From Monocercomonoides exilis PA203 (lineage: Eukaryota > Protista > Preaxostyla): a stretch of 64,000 nt of DNA. Where the stretch lies: NCBI GenBank assembly GCA_001643675.2, contig LSRY02000026.1, positions 1,178,001 to 1,242,000 of the forward strand, read 5' to 3'. Under the pieces are notes generated by a model. That model had not been told where the DNA came from. It saw only the letters and a program-made list of their open reading frames with translations, and ran no database searches. Every line of letters begins with the position of its first letter. Within the stretch, counting starts at the first letter, position 1. Below, piece by piece: positions 1 through 13,200 of the stretch. A program made the position numbers and the translations under genes.

Positions 1-90
1 ATAACGAAATTGAATTATTAATTTTCGAATTCGAATTATTTATGGTGTATTTGTCAACATTATCAGTATATAAGCAAACCCTGAAAATAT

Positions 91-357
91 GGGACAAAAT
101 ATAAGAATTCAGGTATTTTCATCAAAAAATTATACACCATAGGTTAACTTTTTGTGATCAAAAAATTTGAAACAAATACGTCCATTTTTTGACATTCATG
201 TAATGTTGGAAAACTTTATGTTATCATTTCTACAATGACTGTTTACGGATATGAAAATCAAATTTATTTTGAAATCTGAGAAAGTTACATGAATAATGAG
301 CGAAGTTGTTTTTTTGTGCTTTGTGCAATAAAAGCTTGAAAGTCCGTATTTTCCCCC
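91..357 (-). mobile_element. 268-bp MITE copy 1 (inverted relative to copies 2 and 3)
   Basis: ATAT|GGGACAAAATA ... TATTTTCCCCC|ATTT; diverged reverse complement of 387-654. Confidence 0.8.
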
Positions 358-386
358 ATTTGAATAAAAAATTGAAAAACTTATAT

Positions 387-654
387 GGGGGAAAATATGG
401 ATATTCAAGCTTTATATGCACAAAGCATGAAAAAATTGTTTCCCTTTTAACATTTTTAAACTTTATCATATTTCAAGATAAATTAGATTTTCATAACTGC
501 AAATAAACATCATTGATATTATAACATAATGTTTTGTGACATCAAACGTATTTCAAAATATAAACCCATTTGTTTCATATTTTTTGATCTCAAAATATCA
601 ATGGAGAGTGCATGATTTTTCAACGAAAATGCACGAAGTCAAATATTTAGTCCC
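387..654 (+). mobile_element. 268-bp MITE copy 2
   Basis: ATAT|GGGGGAAAATAT ... ATATTTAGTCCC|ATAT; exact 4-bp ATAT TSD at 383-386 and 655-658. Confidence 0.85.
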
Positions 655-757
655 ATATCATAATACAATATTCATAAGAAAAAACGTTTGTTAATTCTTT
701 TCAAGATTCGCAAAAAAAAGAACACAATTGTGTTTTGTGTATTTATTCGAACATTTT

Positions 758-1135
758 CATGAATCCTGTTATTTTTGCTTTTTTTCTTCTTTTCTTTTTC
801 TTTTCTTTCTTTTTTTTCTTTTTTGTTTTTATTGTTGAAATTCAATAAATACATTATAAAAAATAAAAAAACAAACATCTGCAAGTTTATTTATCTATTT
901 TTAAAGAGAACAAATTTTTATTGTTTCAATTTTAGTCTTTGATAAAGATCAAAGGAATTATTTATTTATTTTTGATCGTTTGTTTTGCTTGTTTTAAAGC
1001 AATTTTTTTCCATGTTTGCTTTTAATTACAATGTCATAAAACATGCAAAATGAAGTTTTATTATTGGATACGTTTTATGTTTTTATCTTTTTTCTCTCTT
1101 GTTTTTCACATTTCATCATTAGTGTCAAGAAATAT
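758..1135 (+). repeat. Left arm of a ~380-bp near-identical inverted repeat (partner 18058-18436)
   Basis: Almost base-for-base reverse complement of 18058-18436. Confidence 0.9.
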
Positions 1136-3002
1136 GGCACAATCTTTTTGAAAAGTCGGAAAACTTTAATTTGCCACCCTTTAAAGATCAAAAAATATTA
1201 AATTTTCTATTCTATTGTTTTAATCAAAATCCACTATTGTATTTAAACAATTGTTCATTTTAGTGATGTTTTGGATTTTTTTGTGAAAGTTCTGTTTTTC
1301 ATGTTAAATTTTTATTATTTATTTTCGATCAAACAAAAATATTCTGTGAGTCATTGCAATTAAAGAAAGGCACGATTTTGTAGAAATGACGGAGAATTCG
1401 GAATAATAGTTGATTTCTTTTTAGAAAAACACGCAAAATTTGTTGAAATTCTCTTTTTTCAAAACAAAATAAGGAGTTTGAAAATGCGATGAATTTTGCC
1501 AAGATCACAAATCAATAGTCAAATTTTTGAAAATGAAGGTGTGAAAGTTTTTCAGTTTGTTATGAAAATTTCATTTATAACTATTTTTGTTATCAGACGT
1601 ACACATATGGGGGAAAATACGGACTTTCAAGCTTTTTATGCACAAAGTAAACATGTGTGACTTTGTGGCTGTTGACAGATAAAATTGGTTTCCTGACGGA
1701 CCGAGTAATAATGTTCACGTCAGAACCTCAATTATTGGAACGAATAATTGCAAATGCAAATATTATTAAATATTTATTCAAATAAACGAAGAATGAAAAT
1801 GCATTTTTAAAAAAAGGATGATAAAAAATCATATTTGAAATGAATTGATCATCGGACCGTCAGTGAAGTTAGTGAAGTCAGTGACTGTTAATGGAGTCAG
1901 CATTCTGCAGGGAAGTATTTTTTAATTAATTTATGAAACAAAGAAAAGTTCGAAGAATAAAAAAAATTGAATATATGGGTCATTCTTTTTGAAAAGTCGC
2001 AAACGTTTAACTGATCTGAAAATCAGATCAAAAATGATCAAAAAATAGTGATCATTCCGTTCCCATCATTTATTGTCAAATATTTTATATTGTCAGTTTT
2101 TTCATCTTATCATAGAAAAACATTTCATAAATCTGATGATAACATATCGAACGTTGATTATAAAATAGAATTTTCTTTTGTTTGCTATAGCTTACGAGCT
2201 ATTTGAATCAAATGTTAGATAAGTTTTAATTTCTTCAATTTCATTTCATTAGTTCGAATATTCGTTATGAATTTATGGATGCTATCTAAGTTTTTATTAT
2301 TTTCTTTTGTTGTGAACCAAACAAAATTAATTTGCTTGAATTCTTGAATTTTTTTTAAGAAATTTTTTAACAGGAAAGATTTATCAAAACTTCACTCGTA
2401 ACAATCGAAAGTTATTCAAAAAGGAGGTGATAAAAAGCAATAATAAATATAATATAGGAAAATTGTGGAATGATACATTTTTTTTTCAAAATTAATCTCC
2501 ATTTGCAACAAACTCAAAAATGTTATCTTTTCAAATATTAATATTTAAACAGTTTGTGTCAAACAACTTGTTTTCATCTCGTTATGTGCCTTTTCCTTCT
2601 CCCTTTCAGTTTATACAGATGCATTATATAAAGATGTTCTGCTTCAATCTTTTCAAATTGAATAAAGAAAGCAGGCTTTTTCGGCTGTTCGTCCATTTTG
2701 ATACAAATGTGGATGCTGTTAGCTCTTCGGGTGGTACTTCTGGCTGACATGATGAGAAATATCTCATCAAACTTCTTGTGGCCTTGGCAGTGAAGCAGTA
2801 ATCTCTTCGTTCAACACCATTGCCTTCTTCGTCTTCAACAGGAGCAGCACGCCGATCAACTTCGACATTCTGGAGGCGGAAAAGCGAAGAGAAGAAATCT
2901 TCAGAGAATGATGAGCCATCATCTTCATCTTCGTCATCAGCGCATGCGATTGACCCTTCGGATGCCTCGGAGGTTGCAGCGTAATACACATATGTAGCAG
3001 AT

Positions 3003-3812
3003 ATGGAAGATGTCGAGAGACGGCTGCGGATTTTGGTGCCTGACGCAGCTGGGGTGTATGGGTGGAACATGCCTCTGTCGCTGCAGCTGCTGCTGTCGCC
3101 TCGGGCGCTGTGGGGATATGTTGTGGCTCGGCGGGCGGTACTGTATGGGGGTGTTGTTTGTGCATACGATGTGGCGCTTTCAGCGATGCTTTCGGCACCG
3201 CTGGTGGAGCCACTTCCGCCGCTTGCTGATTCGCTGGGCACGAATTCGGGGAGCAAGCGGATCTTTGCTGCTGTGGATGTGAATGTGTTCCCATCGATCT
3301 ACGATCAGTTTGGCCCTTCAATGCAAATATGGCGATATCTGCAGTCGAGGTGTGTGGCGGTGAAGCTGGACGACGAAGTAATGGGTCGAGGGATTGCAGT
3401 GTGTGAAGTGGGAGAGATTGTGGAGAAAGGTTTGGATGCTGCGGGGCTGAGGATGGAAGATGTGGTTCTGCCTCCAGCAGCGATTGCGCTGGCTGTGCTG
3501 GAGGAGCGAGAAGAGGCAGAGGAAGGAGAAAGGGAAGGCAAAGAGGGAGAAGAAGAGGGAAAAGAAGATCGAGGGAAAGAGGGAGGTGATGGGAATGAGG
3601 AGAAAGGCGGGTATCCGACAGCGCACGGAGAGTTTGTGGAGAGAATCAAAGAGAACCAGGGGAAGCTGGAAGAAGCGATTGCGCCGCTGGTTGTGGAGGC
3701 GCTTGGGCTGAGTGGGCTGAGGTTTGTGAAGGCTGATGCTGAGGTGGGTGCAGACAAGCAGCATTCAGTTGAACCAGAAGTGTGCAGTTCTTCTCCGTCC
3801 AATGGCATTTAA
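3003..3812 (+). pseudogene. Fragment of an unidentified host gene (cargo), part of a longer stop- and frameshift-interrupted coding-like tract
   Basis: 269-aa ORF with globular-like and acidic segments; a degenerate homolog lies at 19930-20360. Confidence 0.5.
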
Positions 3813-6800
3813 AAAGGGAATAGGAGAGTTGAAGAAGAAGCAGCAGATGGGTCTTTGGGCATTACTTCAGATGGAGAAAAGAAAGATGAGGTACAGGTGG
3901 AAATGTCGAAAAATGGTTTGGAGATGAATGAGAAACAAGACATATCCGATGAGAAAGCTGGGGAAGAAAGTTGTTTGTTTTGTTGAAAAAAAAAGAAGAG
4001 GACGACGAAAGGAAGAAGAAGAAGAAAAGAAAAGGGGAGGAGAGGTCGAGCGAAGGCAGAAGAGCTGAAAACTCGTTGCTGTTTAATCTGGTGGCGGGCT
4101 GATGATCTGTGTGCCGATGCGAAAGGGGAGCGCGTGGATAATGAAGCGGTGCATTGCAGATGGGCAGTCGGTGACAATGCTGGACGAGCTGAAGATGCTG
4201 CAGCCAAGAAGTCGTGCAGCGTCGAGAATCAACGAACGGAAACACAGCAGAAGCACAACATCGAAGAAGCAGTCGTTTCTGGAGCTGTGCGAGATTCTGG
4301 TTCTATATGCAACAGTGGGGTGGCATGGATGAAGCACACGATTGTAGAAGACTTGGCAGACGAGTTTTGTGCGCTTGTCAAACGTTTTATGTACAAAGCA
4401 GAGGAGCACGAGCCTGCTTGTGGTATTTTTATAACCAAGATGAGCTGATCCGCCATGCGAATGCGCACATTGAGATGAAGCCGCGGCTGCTGTGCTGTGG
4501 AGTGACAGCGTTGTTAGGTATTGCACATGGATGATTCAGTGAAGGTGAAGTTTTCAACTGAGAAGGGAATTGAAGCTTCACGGCAGAGCAGAGAAGGAGC
4601 TGGAGCAGGAAAAGCGAAGGAGATTCTGAGCAATTGTTCAGCGACACCATCAGTGCATGCGTTTGACTGTGTGTTTGATGGGGCGCCTGATGCGGATACG
4701 TAGCTGATATGGCTTGGTGAGTGAATGGAGGCAGAGGTGCAGAAGGATCGGTGCAGGATTCATTCAACACGTCAGACAAGAGGCTCGGTTCAGAAGAGGA
4801 GTTTATTTAGATAAGACAGTCGAATGCTGTGCAGATGATTGGTGAATACGGCTGTGATGCTTCGAACGCCATTTCTAACCGACCACGCTTTCTCAGCGGT
4901 TGTTCCTATGGATGCTTCCATGGCATTGAAGATGGCAGCAGAAGATCTTCATCACAATTTTGTTTCTTCTTCTTCTTCTTCTTCGTCAATTTCTATTTTT
5001 TGAGTGTCTGTTCCTTCAACACATCCTCCTCATCATCTCAAATATCTCATCTGTCACATTCCTCTTCTTCTCTCTCTTCATCAGCCTCAGCACATGCATC
5101 TCTGGAAGCACCTGCTTTTAACTGAATGTCAAATGCGTGTGTTCTGACAAGTTGCTCATCGATGTGCTTGTATCATTGGCTTTACGGTGTTTGTGCAGCT
5201 CCATCGACCGCCTCATCTCCTGATGCGAAGAAGAAGAGCACTTGTGCGACGAATGGGAAGAGTGTGACGAAGGCATTGGTGGAGGTACATCATCAAGAGG
5301 AGAGGTGGATTTGAACAGACGAGGAGGCGAATAGAAGAAGCGCTTCTGCGACGAGGTGTGTGAAGATAAAGAGTATGTTCCAATGAGAAGCGGTGGGGCA
5401 TCAGCAGTGGAGAAGGAAAGAGGAGCAGACAGAGCTGATGAAAGAGATGAGGAGGAAGTGGTGGAGATGATAACAGACGAAGTGACTGCAGCTGGCAAGT
5501 TTGATGAGGTTGTTGGGGCTGCAACAGCAGCAGATTGTTGGAGGCTTTCTGGCTGAGCCAAATGAGACTGACGCGAGGGAGAGCTCGCCTGTGTGATTGA
5601 CTACTGCGATGTGGCTGAGGAAGTGCGGGTGTGGAGAGAGTTCGTGTTCAAAGAGGAAGACAATGATTGAGATTGAGATTGAGACTGAGACTGAGATAAA
5701 GGCTGAGGTTGTCGTGTGAGTGCAGTGCCAGGCGAGGTAGATGCAGACATCTGCTGGATGGGCCGAGAGAAGGAAAGAAGAGCAGAGAAACAGGAGGAAG
5801 CGAAAGATGTTGGAGAAGTCAGAGAGGCCAAGGAAGAAGAAGCAGAGGAAGATAAAGGTGGAAGGGAAAAAGACTACGACGAAGAAGAAGAAGATGATGA
5901 TGCAATGGACGCAGTTGAAGATCCCCCAAGCACAATCGTCGGAGCCAACAGTGATGCAGACACAGAATACGATGTGTCATCAAAGAAAGAGTGAAGCGTG
6001 GCTAACGCAAAAGTGGTAGAAAATGGAGTGTTTGAGGTGCTTATTTCAAAGCGGAATGCTGTTAATGAGTGTGTCCGTGCTATTGACGTGGTTGTTTGAG
6101 TGATGGAGGGTACAAGGAAGATGGGGGAAGTGGCTGAGACAGAGGCAAAGGCGGAAACTGTCAATGAAGATGAAGTAGATATTGAAGAAGTAGTAGAGGA
6201 AGAGGAAGAAGAAGGGGAGGAGGAGGAGGAAGACGCTAAATTTCCAAGTGGCATTTGAGTAGATTGAGTTCCAAGTGTCAGATTTATCGATCCTTTCGTC
6301 TTGTTTGTCGATATCACACTGAGCGCAGAGTTCACGGACTGCAACTGGATATTTTCTCCTCCTTTTCCGGTTGGAGTGATTGAAGATTCATTTACTGTTT
6401 GTATTGTTATGCGAGTGGGAGTGGGGGACACAGGAATTAGTGTCTTGTTGGGCTGCCTGGGTGATTGCAGCTGAGTATTCTAAGCAGAAGAGGTCTGAGA
6501 AAAAGAAGTGGAATTATTCGAACCATTATTTACAGAGTTTGCATTCTGAGCTGTTTGGAGTATTTTTCCCGTCTGCACAACCAGCCTCACGTCATCGAAT
6601 GTCTGCTGTGTTTGTGTCTGAACAGGCCTCTTCTCGGAAGTGCTGAATGAAGCAGAGGCAGAAGAGAAGCGGTTGACAGATGCAGACGACAAAAGCTAAC
6701 TCGAATTCCAGCGGGTCGGAACAGAAGACGGCTGCAAAGGAACTCGGGGCAGAGAAGAAGGGTTGATTGGGGATATGTATTGCATCAGCTTCAATGGAGA

Positions 6801-7658
6801 ACAAGAAAGAGTTTGAGTCTTGTTAAGCACTTCAGCATGGGAAGAGGCAGAGTGGGAGGAGAAGTTGGATGTTGAAGAGGAAGAGGAAAAAGACGATGAT
6901 GAATTTGGATAAGGAGGAGGAAGAGGAGAAGAAGGAGAATGAGAAGAGAAAGAAGAAAAAGAAGAAGAATAAAATGAATGAGAACGAGAAGAAGAAGAAG
7001 AAGAAACAAAAGAAAATGAAGAAGAAGAAGATGATGATGATGAAGAAACAGAAGAAGAAGTGAAAGAAGAAGAAGAAGAAGAAGGAGAAGGAAAGAGAGG
7101 AAACAAGGGCTGGAGTTGAATGGCTTGGGGCAACGAGTGGAGATGAAGCAAATGGATGAGAAGGAGTTTTTGAATGTTGTGAGCGAAGAGTGGGAGGTAA
7201 ATGAGAAAGAATGGAAGGTGAGGAAGTTTGTGGAGTGGGAGAAGATGTATGCGGTGCGGATGAATGCGTGTGATGTGGTGACGATGAACACGACATCTTC
7301 GTAGATGTCGACAGAGGTGCTGATGCAAGCGACAGGATCGATCGTGCTGCAAAGTGGTAGTGCGAAAAGAACATTAAGCATTGCACTGAAGAATGAAAGC
7401 ACTTTTACGTAATTTTGTCCGCTATGCTTCTTGCTGAGAAAAGTGTTTGTGCAATAACAAGTACATTTGATGATTAGGTCGTCGAATGTGTGTTGCAGCA
7501 GAGAGTGAGGGCTCATGGTGGGGTGAAAGCAGAAGGGAGGGTGCTGGAGGCAGAGTGTGGAGACAGGAAGAATATGTCGCAGGATGCGAAGAAAAAAGTG
7601 CTTCTTGAGTTTCTGGAGAAAAAGAATCTGCAAAGAGTAGAAGTGGATTTGTTGATGA

Positions 7659-8690
7659 TTATATGGTAGTTAAAGGAGAAAAGTGTATCTGAACTTGTGG
7701 TTTTGATACTGTAGGCTGTATGTGGGACGGTGCTGTGGTGCTAATGCATGAGATAACAATGGTGAAAGGGATGCAAGTGTATTGAAGTTTCGCTATCAGA
7801 TCAATGTGCATATTTTTGTGTTTGGAATAGAAGAAGAGAGTAGTAGGATGAGGAGGAAGAAGAGATGATGATGAAGAGACATTGAAAATGGAGTGAAGAG
7901 GAAGTGAAGATGAAAGAGAGAAGATAAGTTTTGATAATTCTGTTTCAGTACCTGCTGTTATCATCGCTGAAATGGATGTTGAACTTGAATCAGAGACTGT
8001 CCAGCCACTTTGGTCATCGTTTCCTCTGATTTCATGCTTTTGATCAGAGAAGGCCAATTCATCGCCCATTGAAATCATTCCATTCACAACAACTTTCTTT
8101 GTTCCTGTCAACCTTGTGAGTGAGTGCTTCAAAGTTAAACAAGGGAATTGGACAATTCCGCAATGAGAATGGTCAGATGCCTCGGTGTTGCTCACATGAA
8201 TTTCTTCTGGAGTGGGAAGGAGATAGATGCACAGAGGAATGGCCACACTGTTGTTTCCATTGTCATATCCTCGAACCTTCTCAAGAGAATCCAATGAATC
8301 TGTCACACTTGTGATGTTTTCTGATTTAACAGTTTCTTCCAGATTTGGTGAAATGACAAAGATATCATTTCACCACTTTTCTGTGTTCGCACCAAATGAG
8401 GAAGAAATAAGGAAATCTGGTTTTTCATTCAATAATCGAAGAAAAATTCTTCACCCCCAGGCCATCTGTTGCTGAACAAAAGCATCCATCAAAATTGTAG
8501 CCTTTCACTTTCACTTCGTTCGCTTCTCCTGCACATAGCGTTGCTGATCCTCCGTTGGCTGATTTTGTGCTTCCGCATCTGATATTGCTCCAGAATTCTG
8601 ATCTTTATTTGTATTGTTATTGAAAAGACAATTGTTGGCTATCAACTGTTGACTATTCAATTCAAAAAACATGATTGAATAATAAATTAA
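7659..8690 (-). pseudogene. 5' fragment of a large surface/beta-helix-like expanded-family gene (cargo)
   Basis: ORF 7659-8306 (..GYDNGNNSVAIPL..) and upstream frameshifted pieces (NSQQLIANNCLFN, GGSATL); family assignment is from general resemblance only. Confidence 0.45.
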
Positions 8691-10228
8691 TAAAAAAAAA
8701 ATATATTTGTTAAAATAAAATGAAAACCAGTAAATTTATCATAATTTCAGATGCATCGAATATGTGTGTTCAGTTTTTGCATTTATGTCAAGTTCATGTA
8801 CACAATGTTAATGGAAAATTCAATTCAAAGAAAAAATTGAATTAACAACGAAAAACAAGTTTGCAAGGAAAAAGAATCGAAACATACCTTGCACATTTCA
8901 TTTAAAAACAATTGCAAAGTAGTTCAATCAAGTGAAACACTTTTTCATGGAAAAACTGATATTTAAATTTTGATCAAAATTTTTGATATATAATTTTTTA
9001 TGAAAACGTATTTCTTCTCATAAAGAAGTTTGTTATGAACCAACAAACATCACTGTGAATATTCGTTATTATCATTTGAATAATGGAAACGGAGTGTTTT
9101 TGAATTAACTTTCATGGGACAAATTTTTGATCTACAGCGACTTTTCAAAAAGAATGACCCAATATTTTTTTTATACCAATACTGACGTGCATTTTTTAGT
9201 CCTGACGGACGTGGCAAAAAATTTTTAAATCTGTAACACATGTTTAGCACAAAGCATGAAAAAATTGTTTTTCTTATAACATTACTAAACTTTCTAAGAT
9301 TTCAAAATAAATTTGATTTTCACATCCGTAAACAGGTATCGTTGAAATCAAAACGTTAAGTTTTCCAACATTTCATGAATGTTAAAAAATAAACCCATTT
9401 TTATTTTGTTTTTTGATCTCAAAAAGTCATTGAAAAGAACATAATTTATCAATGAAAATGCCTGAAGGAAAATATTTTGCCCCATATAATCTTTATTTTG
9501 AAAAAAATTGTTGAAGTTTTAAATTTGAATTACAGAACGAACAACGAAAGAAGTTGAAGAATGAAAATTTTGGAAACACTCTCACGGAAGTTTCTTACGA
9601 TCAAATGTTCGCGCCTATTACAGAAAATGCCATTCCAAAATGATTTTTCATCTGAATTGTCGGTTTCAATGTATCCTGTGACTTCTTAAATAAATGACAA
9701 TGCATTTCATCCATCTTCCGCAGCCACAACTTTTTTTCCTCCTTCTTTAAAAAATTCGCCTGATTCACGTACACGCTTATCATATTACAACCTGTTACTA
9801 ATGAAGGCCAAAACGATGAGAAATATGGATGAAATTGTTTACAGACTCCAACACTCTCGCGCTTTTTTGATTCATGAACATGAACCGTCAAATAACAACC
9901 AACTTCATCACAAATCTCTTCATTACCATAGTTATGGAATCAGTCTTTCCCTTTAATTCTTCCCTATGTTGAATGTAGTTTGATTGTGCTGTGTGTATGC
10001 TGGATGCAATAGAGATAGATGTTGAATACAGCGATTACAACATCATTTCTGACAACAATTGTCAAATGAGTGAAGAGGAAGAGGAAGAGGAGTCTTAAGA
10101 GGAAGAACAGAACGAAGAAGAGTTAACAGAAGAAGGAGAAATCAAATTGTTGTGCTCAGAAAGGATATTATTATACAACTTATGATCGATCGAATCACAG
10201 ACCAGTGAAAGAGGAATTTGTGATGCTG

Positions 10229-10282
10229 AAGAAGAAGAAGAAGAAGAAGAAGAAGAAGAAGAAGAAGAAGAAGAAGAAGAAA
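10229..10282 (+). repeat. (GAA)n microsatellite
   Basis: Pure GAA tract. Confidence 0.9.
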
Positions 10283-13200
10283 GAAGCGGTTGATGTGGTT
10301 GGGGTGCTGCTCATAGGCAGTGCAGCAAAAGAGAAGGAAGGCATCAGCTGCTGAAGTTTGAAAGAAGAGCTTGTGGAATATGTAGAGGAAGATACCGATG
10401 TTGCCACACGGGCTGAACTGAAACAAACTTCTTTCCTTCTCCGCTGTTGTTGCTCGAAGTGGTAATTTTTTCAGTCATTTTTGCCTTTGAAGGACGTTTA
10501 ATTTCTCCAAAGCACAGTTTGCTTTAAATGCTTTATAAACATTTGCGGGTCGCATATAAACTTCAGCACATTGAGCACCGACCCTTATTTCTCGATAATT
10601 ACGATGAAGAAGCGCATAACAATGATCTTCGAAAAGTCCGCAGATAAATGTGCAAAGATAAGAAACTCATGCAAAATAAAGCAGTAGTCTGCCAGCACTT
10701 TGTGATACTCCCTGTTCATCGGTTGAGTGATGATATGCCACCTCCTCAGCACACACCTCAGCACACGCCTCAGCACACACCCCAGCACCGCTGGTTCACT
10801 CAGAAGAAACGCCATAACACGTATTATCCGTATCAACTGGAAAAGAGTGGAAGTCGACTCCACAAAAATCAGGAAGATGATCGACAGGCCCTGTGCAGTG
10901 TCGCTCATTCCAGACGCAATCACTGCCAATCTCTGCTTTGTCAGGTAGCTGTCGAACATGTCGTTCCCACAGCTCATCTGCAGAGCAGAAGAGGAGGAAA
11001 TAACACTGTTGTTTTTGTTGCTATTCCCACTTCCATTGCCGCTGCGTGGTGGATAATTAATGTGCAGTTTGTGGTTTACTTCATCTCTGGTTTTTCAAAT
11101 GTGAGGCTACTTGCATTTTTTCTTCGAAAGTTTGCTCTTTTTTCTCTGTTGTCTTTTCAATTTGCACTTCTTTTCCCCTTTCTTTTGACTACTCCATCTT
11201 CTGCACTCAAATTACTCTGCTCTGAACTTCCGCTTCTTCTTCCACGTTGACAAGAAGAGCCAAAAACAGAAGCAGAAGAAGGTGATGTGGTTGCATTTGC
11301 AATAATGCCGGCCCCAGAAAACGACTAGATCCTCCACCGTATGCAGAACGACTTTTGCGGAGTACATTTGAATGATCGCACGTGATGATAAAACTCGCTG
11401 CACAAGTGATACAGCTGCAGCATAGCACGGACACCTGCTTCGCCATGCAGCGAAACGCCTCCAAAGGAAGAGGTGAGGCTGATACAGCCAAGCAGCCAAA
11501 ACACAGTCGATCTCTGCAGCTCAAACTGTGCAAAGGGGGAAAGAACTGCTGGAACGTCAGCCATATTGCACTCGCCATATTCAAAAGGAGTGTTATTGCG
11601 AAGGAGAGCTGGCTGCGCGAGGTATCGAAGTAACGATATTGGCTGGTTGTGCAATTAATGCTTCTGCTTCTGCTATTGCTGCTGTTGCTGCTGTGGCTGT
11701 GGCTATAACAGATGCACGGTGAAGTGCGAGCTCGGGTTCAGGTGCAAAATGTTCCATTTCTGATGCTGCGTCTCCGAGATGGTGATGGCTGTCTGACTTT
11801 GGAAGAGCGAAGGGGTTGAAAAAGGAGTGTTTTACGTGCAAAGACAAGTCAGAGTCCATAAGCTGGATCTGCGGGTTGTGTGATTGTGCTTGTTGAAAGG
11901 GCAGCAGCATCAGCTGTTGTTGAAACGGCCTCAATTTAAATTGCATATTCAGAGCTTCGCCTCTGTTCGCGACAACTCTGCCATCGTTGTCAGGAGCAGA
12001 AGCCGGTTGAAGATGGTCTGTTTGAGTAGTCGCATTGATTAGAGTTTCCCGTACACGTTGAACACCATTTGCTGATCTTCGAAGACGTTGTCGCGGATAT
12101 GAGGGCGCTGCTTGATGAATGACGGGGCAGAAGAGAGGGGAGAAGGTTCATGGGAAGATTGTGAAGGTGAAAAAGAAGAGGATGAGGAAGAAGAAGGATA
12201 GAAGAAGAAGTGAGAAGATAGGGAAGAGGAAGAAGAAATGGTGAAGATGCAGGAAGATGCATTGAAAGAAATTGAAGATGGAAAAGAGACGTTAAAAGAG
12301 AGAGAAAACAAGTTATGATGAGAAGCTGTAGAAAGAAGAGATCAAAAAAAAAGAGAGAGAATGAAGCAGAAGGAGAGCGAGATGGATTCGCATGTCTTTC
12401 TTCGGATGACTACTTCCTTATTTGACATTAATTGCATTTATGAGCCTCTCATTCAAATGCAATCACTACCTCTTTCTCTCCAAAACGACTTCTCTTTCTT
12501 ATCAACTTATTCGTTTGCCTCGTCGTCTTCAGCTTTTTCTCATCCTGCAGTTGCATTGCCTCCATTTTCTTCTTCCTTATCTTCTTCATCTTCTTCTGCT
12601 CCTAGTTCTCTCTTCCCTATCATCTCTTCCCTCTCTTCTTCTTCTTCCTCTTCTTCCCCATCTTCCTTTTCCTCTTCCTCTTCTTTCTCCTTCTCCTTCC
12701 CCCAAACCAAGCCAACTAATCGTATTCATCTGCTCAATGAGGGTGTTTGTTTCGCTATTGTCGCAGTTCCGTATCGCATCCACTCGAACGCCATTCAACA
12801 TGGAGCTTCTCTCTCTCATCATCAGCGGCTTTTCTCCCCACATTTGGAGGTTGAAGAGAATGGAAAAGCAGAAGGGGAGAGAGAAAGAGAAAGAGAAAGA
12901 GAAGGAGAAGGAGAGGGAGAAGAGGAAGTGTAGAAGGAAGAAGAGTTTAAAGAGGAAGTCGAAGAAAGCAATGAACGAACAGTTGCTGATTGGGACTTTC
13001 TCATATACCTCCACTAATTCTGCGTGGTGGACTCATCAAGATACAAGACACACGTCGTCATCCACCAGAAACCTCTTCCATGCAACTCGTATCACTTTAG
13101 TCGCTAACATCTCTCGAATCATTCGTTCCACAGCTCGCAAGGTGGCAATCGCACATCCTTCAAAACCGAGCAAAAAGCTGACAAGCCGCTGGAAGATCCA

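Larger units (their letters stand above)
1977..9160. mobile_element. 7.2-kb non-autonomous TIR element (same end family as 1136-17768) with host-gene cargo
   Basis: Perfect 24-bp TIR GGGTCATTCTTTTTGAAAAGTCGC; flanks ATAT / AATAT (imperfect TSD); GATCAAAAA subterminal motifs. Confidence 0.85.
1648..9246. mobile_element. hAT-like non-autonomous element (about 415 bp once the nested 7.2-kb insert is removed)
   Basis: 8-bp TSD GCACAAAG (1640-1647, 9247-9254); TIR TAAACATGTGTGAC / TAAACATGTGTTAC (13/14); subterminal TGACGGAC and TCAGTGA motifs. Confidence 0.85.
1609..9483 (+). mobile_element. 268-bp MITE copy 3, split by a 7.6-kb insertion (pieces 1609-1647 and 9255-9483)
   Basis: The rejoined pieces (39+229 = 268 bp) align with 387-654; ATAT TSD at 1605-1608 and 9484-9487. 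Confidence 0.85.

Noticed and set aside
9601-9930. Possible Tc1/pogo-type transposase remnant (CDEVG motif on the minus strand)
   Set aside because: Too short and degraded to support without a search
10741-10787. 12-bp tandem repeat CCTCAGCACAC(A/G), and the 9-bp AGGGAGAAA repeat at about 36494-36547
   Set aside because: Simple slippage repeats with no spacers; not CRISPR-like
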